Made by a program: the position numbers and the translations under genes. The notes beneath the pieces are model-generated. The model worked only from the letters and a program-made list of their open reading frames with translations, had not been told where the DNA came from and searched no databases. Of a stretch of DNA of 64,000 nt, positions 1 to 11,100 are shown one piece after another. This DNA comes from Phyllosticta citribraziliensis (Eukaryota): NCBI RefSeq assembly GCF_038025025.1, contig NW_027117345.1:1550001-1614000 (forward strand), read 5' to 3'. How positions within the stretch are numbered: position 1 is the stretch's first letter; every line of letters begins with the position of its first letter.

Positions 1-589
1 ACGGTCTACCTACTGGCTACGACGTATAAGCCTAGAGATCTCATCTGCTCATCTTGCTCATCTATCCAAACGTGCACCCCTGCTGCCTCCTTAGGTTGCC
101 CACGTCGTGGACCAACTGAATTTGTATCCAAAAAGGACTTTGCTTCCAATCATTTCCCGTCATCATCGTCATCGTCATCTTTCTCTACGTCGTCTTCCCA
201 CATGCTTGCCGCCGCGTATCCATCCATATCAAATCCATCACTCCACCATGCCTTTGTCCGTCTCTGCTATTCCGTCAAGCCCGCCCAACGCTGCGGCATC
301 TTGTTCGACTTCGTCCGCCAGTGTCCCCTGATCTCGAGACCATTCCACCGCCCCCGTATCTTGCCTCTGAACGCGCCATCCTTTCCGGAATTCAAGAGAG
401 CCGTTACCTAGATAATCCGCCGCCGAAAGGACAGAAACAAGGTCGGGGAAAAAGCACAAACCAAACAAACAGCATCGCTCGCCGTCGCATCAATCGAGAG
501 GGACAAACCAAATGCCCGTATCCAATGATCCAATGATCCGCACGCAAGTCGGCCCACCGACTGCCACCCAGACCGCCCTCAAGCAAGCC

Positions 590-2327
590 TCAAACGTGCC
601 TCCCATCCCCACACAGCGCCGTCGCCTCGTCAAAGCCCCAGCGCTCGACCAACGCCCTCGCGTCGCGGCGACTCGGGACAAGGCGGTTGCACCAGGCGCA
701 CCAGGCGCGATTGTCGCCCTTCTTCTCGCGGCCCAGATACGTGTTGTTGCTCTCGCGCTCGTCCTCGTACTCCTTGACGGCGGCCCCGATGCGCACCATC
801 TTCTTGACCTTCATGACGCGCCGCCCGCCGATGCCTTCGATCTCTTGCGCGAAGAACGAGTTGCCGCTCCACTCGTCGTGCGGCGTGCCGACGCCGTCGA
901 GCCCGTTGTGTGCGCTGGTAGCGGCAGCAGCAGCTGCTGCTGATGACGACGCGGTGGCTGCGGGGCCGAAGAGAGGCTGCAGCGGCGTCGACGATGCAGA
1001 GGCCGCCGTGGCGAGTTGGGCCTCGCCCGCCGCGCTGCTGCCGTCGAGCCGGCGCTCCATCTCAGCAATCTCGTCGGGCGTGCCGCAGGCCTCGTGCTCG
1101 ACGTCGCGGCCACCGCGACACGCCTCGCCAAGGCCGCACACGACGCCTTCATGGCCTTCGCCGATGCCGGTGCCGAGGCCGCCGAGGTGGCTGTATTTTG
1201 TCCGCCACGTCCAGCCGAGCTGGTACGTTTGGTCGGCGCTGCGCAGGGCGTGGCCGCATGTTTGGCAGAGCCATACCGTGTCCGGACAGCTGCAGGGCGT
1301 GCGGAGGAAGGCGAGCGTCGTGAATGCGGGTTGGTCGGCCGGGTCCGAGTCCGAGTCCTCTGCGTGCTTGGCTCGGAGGGACCCCGGCGACGGTATATCT
1401 GGCGAGCTCGAGGGGCTGTACGCGGGCGGGGACGAGCCAGGAGTGGTGCTGAGGGTAGAGCTGGAGGAGTAGGGCGACGGGCCGCCAGGCGAAGACCGCG
1501 AGCGGTAGGTGAGGAGGTTGCAGGACGGCGGAGGCGCGGTGATGGACGGCGACAGGACTTCTGCGAGGGGAGCCTTTATGCACGTCTTGCAGAGACGGCG
1601 CAGACGGCCTGGGAGCGCGACGGGAGGCGGAGGTTTGCTGGTACAGTTCTGCGCTTCGGTCAGGTACCCAAATCCACCCAATACCCTCCAAGTACTCACC
1701 CGGCCCGCGCGAGGTGCTCGGCGGGCCAGCTTTTGGTTGTCCAGACTCGATGGTGGTGAGTGAGTCCTCGTCGCTAACTTACCCTACACACAACAACGCT
1801 GCATCGTCTACATTCGCCAACCATGTCCCTCGCACACTTGCCAATCTTGCCGCTGGTAATGCGCTCGCCTAGCCTCCCATCTGCGCCGTTCGGCGCTTGT
1901 CTTGGGTCCGAGCCCGCCGCCGCGCCGGGCAGCTGCTCGCTTGAACATTTCAGCGACTGCGTCACGAGCTGGTTGCGGTACTGGAGCAGGTTGGCGCGGA
2001 ACTGGCGGCAGGTGCGCGAAAGATCGTGCAGAGTGTTGAGGTCGAGCAGCGAGGCCAGCTGGGTGACGATGCTGTAGACGGGGTCAGCAAATCAGAATAT
2101 AGGTAGGTCTCCGAATGGGCAACTCACGGATAGCAGCTGAGGATCGCCGAAAAGGCATTCAGATTCGGATTGGGCCTTTCGTCTTCGACATGGTCGTTGG
2201 CAGGGTCGGAGTGCTGATCGGCAGACTCGTGGGACGGCTGGTTGCGGCGGACGTAGGGGTCAGCAGAGTGATATGGCTCGAATAAGAGGTCGTTCGAGTC
2301 GTCGTCGAGATCAAGTAGCACCACCAT
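590..2327 (-). CDS. F-box-like, Cys-rich conserved fungal protein (3 exons; introns ~2076-2126 and ~1649-1782)
   Basis: Spliced model joins ORF 2124-2327 (…FSAILSCYP) to IVTQLASLLDLNTLHDLSRTCRQFRANLLQYR (F-box-like), then CARDMVGECRRCSVVVCR|NC and ORF 590-1699 with more CxxC motifs. GTAAGT/GTGAGT donors are present. Confidence 0.7.
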
Positions 2328-3518
2328 GGTGAGAGACAGGCAGAGGCGCCGGGGGCTTCATGGAAGCGTCGCGCCGACGAGGGGGAGAGGCTGATAAGGC
2401 AGAAAAGGTGCTGGCGGTGGAGCAGAAGGGGCAGAGAAGGCGAGGGAAGCGGGATTGGAAGCGTGGCGCATGCGAGCGTGGTACTTGCGGGGTAGGCACG
2501 AGGGTTGCCAGCGACGGGACAAAAGAAACTCACCGCGGCCATGGTGCTGATTGATTAGATTGATAACGCTGCCATCGGATGGCTCACCACCATCTCCCCA
2601 TCTTTTATACGCTGCACATGATTGCTTGCTCCGACGGCGGAGACTCTAGGCCATCCGTTTGCAACATTGCTTCCCCGTCTTGAAGCCTTTTGAGCAATCC
2701 GGCTCCGGTCATCGGCTTCGCGGGGCCGTCAGATTGTCAGTGCAGCATACATGCGCTTGCACAAAAGGCCCATGACGAACCATCGTCAGCAGCCCTCGTG
2801 CCCCGGCGGGTTTGACCTTTTCCACCACTCTGCGGCAATTGATCCATCCTCAGCATCCGCTCAGCCTGGACCATCGTCGGCCTAGTTCCTATCTATCTCA
2901 GCTTCACTTCACCATCGCGACCATGGAGCATCAGCACTCACGCACGCACGCAGCACCAGGAGACAATGAGAAAACATTTCACTTGATATGAGACGGGCCA
3001 GGCGTTTTCGATCCGGAACCCCATGTCTCCCTGCCGCCTCCTGCTCCAGCCTTTCGTCCAGCCAGCCGTCCGCCAATATGGCGCCAAAACGCCTCTCTGT
3101 GTGTTCTTGCCATGGCAAAGTAGCAGCAATGAAGAGATCAACCTCCCCTCGCAGACTGACCCGTCCGAAAAAGAAAAAAAGGAAAAAAGGAAAAGATCAA
3201 AACCAAAACCAGACTTATATACACTTGCCAAGCAAGCCCACCACCCTTACGCCGGCCAAACGAGTGGATGCGGTCGGAAAGCATAATACTTTACAAGGTC
3301 GAACCGTCGAATCAATGGTGTCGAAGAGAAGAGGAAGGCCAACATTCCACGCGTGTTCATGGCACGCGTAAAAGGCTGACGGGTCAAATTTTGAAAGAGA
3401 ACAGAAGAATCGGATCGCACCCCGTACCCGTAGGACACGCCCACCCGTTTTGAATGCAGAATGAAGGCAGTAGATGGCAGCGTCTCGCTTTTGCGTATGC
3501 ATGCTTTTCACGCCCATC

Positions 3519-5413
3519 TCATCCCCGCCGCATTTGGTTGGGCTGAGGTTGCTGCGCCATCGACATGCCCATGGGCGGAACGCCGTTGGGTGGCATGCCC
3601 ATGCCGTACGGATGTGCGTGTTGCTGGACATCCCCGATGAAGTTGGACATGGCCATGCCGCTTATCCCCTGTGCTTGCGAGACGGGGCAGTCCTTGTGCG
3701 CCAGGAGCATCGTCTTCAGGTTGACGATTTCTTCACGCAGCTGCGTAATTTGCGCCGACAAGGCGTCGTTCTCCGTGCTGAAGAGCTCGACCTTGGCCTG
3801 GAGGTTGGCAAGCCACTGCTTCTTCCTCTGGCGACACTTCAAGGCAGCGACCCTGGCAAGCGTCAGTGAATGATGCGATCATTATGAACTCAGACTTACC
3901 TGTTGCGTTCCAAAAAGTTGCGCCTCTTCTCCTCGTCGGTCATTTTCTTGCCGTCCTTGCCCCTGGCTCCGTCGCCACTGTCGTTCTTGGAGTCCTCTTC
4001 CTCCTCAGAATCGTTTTCGAAGGATGGGGGTCCGTTGTTTTTGAGCTTTTTAGACGCCGGCTGTTTAACAGCGCCGTCTTCGGCCTTTCTTCTGTTGCCG
4101 GCGGCCTGACCCTTGCCGTTGGTGTTCTTCTTCGACCGACTCTTGGAGGGCTTAGCATCCTCACTGTGAGCGTCGTCGGAGAAGTCGCCCGTGTCGGCCG
4201 AGCCAGATATGCTGGTGATGGAGTTCTTGGTGCCACGCTTCGGGCGACCTTGCTCCTGATCTTGAGAATTCAAGTTATTCGGCATCTGCGCCATGGCAGC
4301 GCTGACTGGTGGTGGTCCAGACATGTTGAATTGGTTGTTAGAGTTGGGGTTGTTCTGCTGGGCGTCGGCCCTACTCAGGCCAAGTAACGATGTAACCACG
4401 TTTGCATCGTGCTGACCAAACGGATCTTGCTGTTGCGTGGGTTGAGGAGGTTGTTGCTGAGGAGGCTGTGAAGTGAATGGGGGAGGCTGCTTGTCAGTGC
4501 TTTCGGGTTGAGAAGTCTGTTCTGTCGGCTGGGACGTCGGGGGATTAGCGCCCTGGAAACCGTTGCTCATCTTGAACGCAGTGCGGTAGAATTCGCTAGT
4601 GCTTGGGGTTGCGCCACCAGCCTGCAAAGAGTTGAAAAGTGCCTGCGAGTTTGGGCTGGGGGCAGGGAACATGGAACCACCACCACCCGGCGTCAAGCCT
4701 GTGCGCAAAGAGGACTCGTTAGGGGTAGGAAAACCACCCTTCCAGGGCTCACCAAAGTAGTCACCGCCACCGGTAGGACCAGCCAACATGGCAGGACTCA
4801 ACGGTCCTGAGCGCAAAGAGTTGGGCCAACCGGGGGTACCACCTGGTAACAAGGACGATGGCGAAGTCAGACTGGCAACGGGTGGCAGCAGACTCTTGCC
4901 GGGAGTTTCTGCAGAGGGGTTGCCGAAGGATTGTTCAAATGGGTTGGGTTCCAGATTGAAATGGTTTCCCCCGTGAGGACCGCTGAAGTAATCTGGTCCG
5001 TCACCAGACGTGTTTTGTCCGGGCTTTGGAGGTGGTGCTAGAGGTGCAGTCGTCGTGGATGATGCGCCGGGAGCGACGGATGTCTTTGCGTCGGCAGCAG
5101 CGTCGGAAGGAGCCTCTGGCATGCGTGTTAGAAAATGGGGACGATGTTGAGGAGAGGCGCGAGTGAGACTTGGCCCGATGACGTACCTATTCTGGGTGGT
5201 GACGGCTGGCGGGAATCGTTGTCGGGCTTTTGGCTTTCTATTGCGCGTCAGCGCGACATCCATGGTATGCGCAGGTACAGTGAAGGCAGGGAAATGCATG
5301 CGGCACGGGGCGGCCACCAGGGCGCGCACACAGTGGGCGAGCGACGACGTTATTCACTCACCATCGCCTTTCACAGAAGTAGTGTCTTGGTTGGATTCCT
5401 GAGCAGAGGACAT
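3519..5413 (-). CDS. atfA: bZIP ATF/CREB transcription factor, Atf1/AtfA orthologue (4 exons)
   Basis: Basic region EEKRRNFLERNR|VAALKCRQRKKQWLANLQ with leucine zipper (intron 3853-3899). Aft1-type motifs LEPNPFEQSF, LRSGPLSPAML and ESSLRTGLTPGGGGSMFP. Start MSSAQESNQ at 5413 splices in frame through two phase-1 introns to EAPSDAAADAK. Confidence 0.9.
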
Positions 5414-6460
5414 GGTGGAGGGGGCGGGTTGAATGTTGGCAACTAGGTAGGTGTGTGGTGTCTTGGCCAGCTGGTGGTAGATGGATGACGTATGGTGCGG
5501 TGGAGGCCGGGTCGGTGTACTTCAGGTCGGTCGGTCGCTCGCAGCCAACTTGGTCGCGTCCCCAAACCAACTGCTTCCGGCGACAGCGAGGCGCAACAGG
5601 AGTAGAAGATGTGCGCAACGGATGAATACTTTGCCAGTTCTTTGTCTATTGTCGCAGAGCAAGGTCAGTCAACAGCAGCAGCGGCGGCAGCACACTCGAG
5701 CATCGGGGGAGGTTGTGGTGGTCGCGGTCGCAGGGAGGGCGGTTGTGTGATGGGCTATCTTTTTCGCCACCGACCGGCCAAGCAAGCTTCGTGCGGCCAC
5801 GGCGCTGGCAGACCAGCGGCCGAACTCCTCACGAAGAGCGCGCGGTGCCACAGAAGCAGGCTTGCGACGGGGATGGCGGTGTTGTGGTGGTCGCGAGGGA
5901 GAAAAAAAAAGTCATCAAGACTCGGGGGTGGGCAGGGCGTGACGCAATCGGAATCCCCTGATGGCGCGGGCGACGAAGGGTGCACACTCACGCTGGCAGG
6001 CTCTTTTACAGGGCGCGTTCGGGTCGCGCGCGACGTGTGACTCGGGCGGCGGCGGTCGAAGGCAGATGGTACGAAATGAGGCTGATGGGCAGCAAAAAAG
6101 AGTGCCAATGCCTGCTCGATCCCAATGCGGGCGTCGTCTGCAGCGAGTCTGGCGGTGATGATGAAATGGGTGACGTAGAGGCAGACCCGAAGGCATTTTT
6201 ATCCAGCTCCCGTCTGATGACACACGGACGCACACGTGACAAGCCCGCCACCATCCCTGCGACTGCGACGCCGGGGCGCCCTTTGCGACACCAAAGAAAA
6301 TGGCATTCCTCACCAGCTCCCCTGCGTCCCGCCCTATTGCGAGAATACCATCACAACCGTCACGCCTGTCAAATCACCCCTGATCCACTAACAGCCTTTT
6401 CTCCGCCCCCATCCGCCTCTGACAGACCCTCTCTCCTCCCTCCTTGACTTTGTCCCTACC

Positions 6461-7111
6461 TCAACTGCCCCGGTACGTAGTGTAGTTGAAAGGCCCCAAA
6501 AGTAACGGCACGTGGTAATGCTCATCCCTTGCCCTAACCACAAACCTAACTTCGACCTCCGGGAAGAAGGCCGCGACGCCCCTCGATTCCCAGTACGCGC
6601 GAGTCTCGAACCGCAGCGCAAAAACCAGCTCGTCTACTGCCTCTTGCTGATGCTGTTGTTGTGTGCTTGTGCCCTCGCTGTTGTTGCCGCGCCCAAACAG
6701 CGTCTCCAGTGACGTAGTCGTGGCAGACGAGGCGCCGGCGCCGTCTGCTGTCGTCCACGCCGCCACACGCCCGTCGCCGTTTGTCGTGGCCGACAGCTGT
6801 AGCGACTTGCTCGATGGCGAGAGCAGCGACAGCGTGACAGGCAGTCCAGCCGCCGGGCGTCCTGTCGTAGTGTCGAGAACGTGGCAGGTAATTGGAGGAC
6901 GTTGATGCGATCGCGCTTGCGATTGCGCCATGGCGATTCTGTCGGCGTTGAACTTGTTGTTGTGGCGGTTGACAGCTGGTGGCGTGCTGCTGGTATTGCT
7001 TTTGCTGTTGGCGGCGGAGACGATGGTTTCTTGCTGCTGCGTTTTGGCGTCGGCGAGGTGAGCAGCGATGGCGAGGGCGCGGTTGATGGTTTCGGGCTTG
7101 GGCTTCGGCAT
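6461..7111 (-). CDS. 5-hydroxyisourate hydrolase (transthyretin-like protein)
   Basis: ITCHVLDTTTGRPAAGL, TNGDGRV, FFPEVEVRF, HYHVPLLLGPF and the C-terminal YRGS signature. Confidence 0.93.
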   Translation of the reverse strand: MPKPKPETINRALAIAAHLADAKTQQQETIVSAANSKSNTSSTPPAVNRHNNKFNADRIAMAQSQARSHQRPPITCHVLDTTTGRPAAGLPVTLSLLSPSSKSLQLSATTNGDGRVAAWTTADGAGASSATTTSLETLFGRGNNSEGTSTQQQHQQEAVDELVFALRFETRAYWESRGVAAFFPEVEVRFVVRARDEHYHVPLLLGPFNYTTYRGS

Positions 7112-8182
7112 CGAGGGCCGTCGTTGCGATTTATCTCCAACGCTCCGTCAAAACGGTCACTGTGCGCGAGAATGAGGAAAAGGCAGAGCAAGCAAAGCAG
7201 TTTGGAAAAGGCGTATGTAGATATGAGAGGGCTATGTCTTGCAAGGCACACGTAGACCGACGGCTCGACGTTGACACTCGGGTGGGCCTGCCGTCAGTCG
7301 GTCGGGCGGCCCCCGCCGTCCCTGCATCTTCCCGACCATGGATCTAGCCGCCAATGCTTCGCGTTCGCATGAACCATTCGAGTCATTCAATCTTGTTCCG
7401 ACGTCAATAATCATCAGCAGAAAAAATAGACGCGGCAGAGCGCAAAAAGGTTTGGGTGCTTCTAGATGCAAAGACTGTAGTACTCCAACTCCAACTCCTA
7501 ACCCGACCAGCAGTAGTCTCACGAAAAGCAAGACGAAAAGAATTAACCACCAAGGCTAAGCACAAAGACAGCCAAAATGTAGAGGAAGGAAAGGGGTGTA
7601 CATGTTTTCCTCTACTCCGTTGAAAAGTGTCTGCCGCCGTTTACCTCTTCTTCTCGCATGCCCAGCATTACACCAAAAGACCGCAAACCACAACGGCCAA
7701 AAAGGAAGGAAGCGAAAGATCAAACGCAGCACGCCCACGCAATGACCAGCGAAGAAGAAAAGCCCTCCCTCGATTTTCCGACAAACCTTCGCCATTAATC
7801 GCAAAAGCTCATTCCGACGCCCCAGTTCCATTGGTTGACCATAACACAAGGTAACCAAAGCCGATGGACAGTTCATGTCAGTCCAGCCAGTCCAGCCAAT
7901 GACCAAGTGGAGAGAAAGACGACCAGAAAGAGACCAGAAAGACAGTTAAGACCAAGGAGGTAAGAGGGAGGAGACAAGAAAACAGATGAAAATCCAGTAC
8001 TTTCTCATTTCATCAATCAGTCGGATCAACAAGAGGAGGGGATAATGATAAGAGATGGAAAGAAAAACACAATGAGACGGTTCGATCAATCAGTCATTGA
8101 CCCAGATCATTCCCGTTGCCCTATCACGTCCCGTCCCATGCCATGCAACAACGCTTCAACCCATTTCGCTGCTGTCTGGGCC

Positions 8183-11100
8183 TTATTCATCCCTCTCTCC
8201 CCATGGCCCCAACAAACCGCCTCGCCCTCCGTCTCCCCCTTGGTGCTGTGGGTGTTGTGCATGACTTCTGCCGCGGTCTCTGCCTCCTCCCGAATTACTG
8301 CCTCCTCCACCGACAACCATGCCGGCCGCACTGGTCGTAGCGGCGGCCACGGCGGCGGCACCGCTTCCCCCGACACCTGCGCCGGCGGGAGCGCCTCCGA
8401 CGAAGCCAACCGCTCCCGTTGGCCCTGCACCCGCCGCTGCTGCTCGGTCTCGTTCCTTGATGAGCTGCTTGTCCAGCTTTTCAAGGCGCTCGCGCTCTTT
8501 GCGACGCTCGCGCTTTTCCTCCTTGTGTCGCCGCCGCTCCTCCTCGCGGGCTTCGCGGTCGGCGTCGCGCTGATCTGGGTCCTTGTCCTTGTCCTTGTCC
8601 TTGTGGCTCTTGTCTTTGTCCTTCTTCTTTTTTGAAAACGGTACGAGCCCACGCAAGCCTCGGCTACCCTCGCGCTCACCTCGTTCGCTGCGATCGCGGT
8701 GGTAGTGGTGCGAATGCGAGTGCGAGTGGTGGCTTTGGCTCGTACTCGAACCATGTCCGTGGCTACTGTGAAGCGAATCAAATACTTCGGCGTAGTTGCG
8801 CTCCGTTTGGTGAACAGCAGCACCTGGAACTGGCACGAATCCTGAGTTGGAGCTCGGGCTACTGTTGCTGGCACCGTACGGAGGCCCGCCGATGGTGCCG
8901 GCGGCCATAGGGGCAGAGACAGCCTTGGGTCGTGACGGCAGCGACGCACTGTGGCTGCTGTGGTTTGCTGTGTTCGACCCAGTGCCTGCCATGCCGCCTG
9001 AGCTGGCGACGGAGTGGCTCAGCGGAGGCAGCGCCGTCGTAGCTTCACCATCCGAGGCCCCGTCGTCAAAGGCACCGCCAGGAGAAGATGCACTACTATG
9101 CATAGGGAGCTGGGTTGCTACGTGAGGAAGAGGGCGATAGGATGGCTGGGTGTGAGAGGAAGAAGGGGGTCCTGTGGGAGGCACTCCCCCTTGACTTGGG
9201 TCGTTTTGAAGACTATGATTCAGACTTTGCAGTCCCATGTGCAGAGCGTGGTGTATCGCGTGGCTTGATGTCTGATGCGGAGCCCAGCGATTGCCACTGC
9301 CCGGAGCGCTGTACATGCTTTGTGGGCTGGCGGCGTAGACGCTGCCAGGAGAGCTGAAACCGCCACCAGCCATCCCTCCTGGGCCGATTCCGGCCGCTTG
9401 TGGAGGCTGATGAAGTTGCGAACTCGGATGCTGGTACATCTGGAAAGCACTGTGTGACTGGCTGTGGTGTAGAGGAAGTGGTTCAGAGCCACCCGCGTCT
9501 GTCCCATGCGCTGAACGCGGGGGTGTCTGCTCAGGGAATTCTGCAACACTGGACTCTTGACCGTCGTCGTCCTCTTCATCTTCGTCGCTAGTCTCCTCTA
9601 TACTGTCTTTGACACTGCCAGCACCACTCGCAAGGCCGGTCTCGGTCGAACTCGGAGCGTAGCGACTGGATGATTGAGGCGTGTTGGCAGAACCAGCCGA
9701 CCTGGCTGGCGACGATGCGATAGCTCGGTGATTGGCCACGATTTGGGACATACTGCGTACGCTGCCTAATGTGCCAGCTGTGGTGGAGTCTGACATCCGG
9801 ACGGCGTCTCGTTCATTGTAGTCCCACGGATCCCTCGGCCACGAAGGATTGGCTCCCTGAATTGGAAACATTGGCGACATTGATCCACCTTGTATAGGCA
9901 ACGTGCCGATCGTGGTGGTGGGAGATAATGGGCCCGGAGACTGAGCAATTTGCGATGCGCCCGCACTGGACTCGGTGTCGCGATGCTTCCGTCTCAGGCT
10001 GCCTGCCTTGGGAACCAGTGGCGTGTCTTGCGGACCCGGGCCAGCAGATTCAGAACCCCGATCGTCAGAGGCGTTGGCCTCGAGCTGTTCCACAAGCTCT
10101 TCCCACTTGACACTCAGGTTGCTGCTCGGCCTCTCCGCACGCTCTGCCCGCTCCAAGCAGTCCCGCGTCCGCGCATTCAACGTGACGCAAATGTTGTGAA
10201 ATTTGCCTAGATCGCCATCTTCCTGTGCCAGATTTTCGGCGAGGTCTCCCGCATGGTCTAGCCACAGTTGCACCAGCTCAGCAAAGTTTCGAGCATGATC
10301 AATAAGGTACGGCAAACTTGGGAAGCCCTCGCGGCTCGTAGGTGGTAACCTTTGGAGGATGGCGAGTGGGGTACTGTACGACGGAGGGATTGGAGTTTGG
10401 AGTGAGGTATTTGGAGATATAGCGCAAACGTTGTCGATGAAATCCTTGAATTCCTGGCGGTGGTTGTTGAGGAAGGCGTTCATGGGTTCCATCCAGTGCT
10501 CTTTGGCTCCCAGCGTCGACATGTTCGCGAGCCCCTGTAACGACTTGGCAACCAAGGTCAGGGTACGGCGCGCGCGTATCTTGGGGTGGTCTGTCGGACA
10601 AGTCAGTTGCGCCAAAAGCAAAACGATGTTTCAAAAGGGGCATACCTTTCAAGAGCCCAAATAGCTTGGGATTCAAGACAGCAGGGCAGAAGAACCGAAG
10701 GAACAGGAAACCGCTGACAGAACTGTATGTGACCGTCCGCAAGAAATCGCCATATCTATCCTCTGCACAGGCGCGTATATGCCGAAAGATCAACCGGAGC
10801 TCCGGCGGGCATCTGTGCACGCTGGTGTAGATGGCTCGCCAGAGATCTTCCGTTACCTGGATAAGACGCTTCCAATTCCTATCAATCTCGTGCTGGTGCT
10901 GCACGCGGTTGGGGTCGACCTCGCACTCGGGATCGCGGTCTGCGATTTCTTGTAGCTTCTCACCGAGAGTCTCCTCCAAGTATTCTTTGCCCAAGCGCTT
11001 CATGTGAAAGTCGAGGGCCTTGGTCAGCAGCGTGTTTCCACGAAAGAGCAGGTTTGCTTCGAGCTTGGCATTGTTGCCCATGTCTCGGACGACGAGCTCG

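Noticed and set aside
8107..8949. 280-aa Arg/Thr-rich ORF overlapping the RasGAP tail
   Set aside because: Alternative frame of repetitive GC-rich coding sequence.
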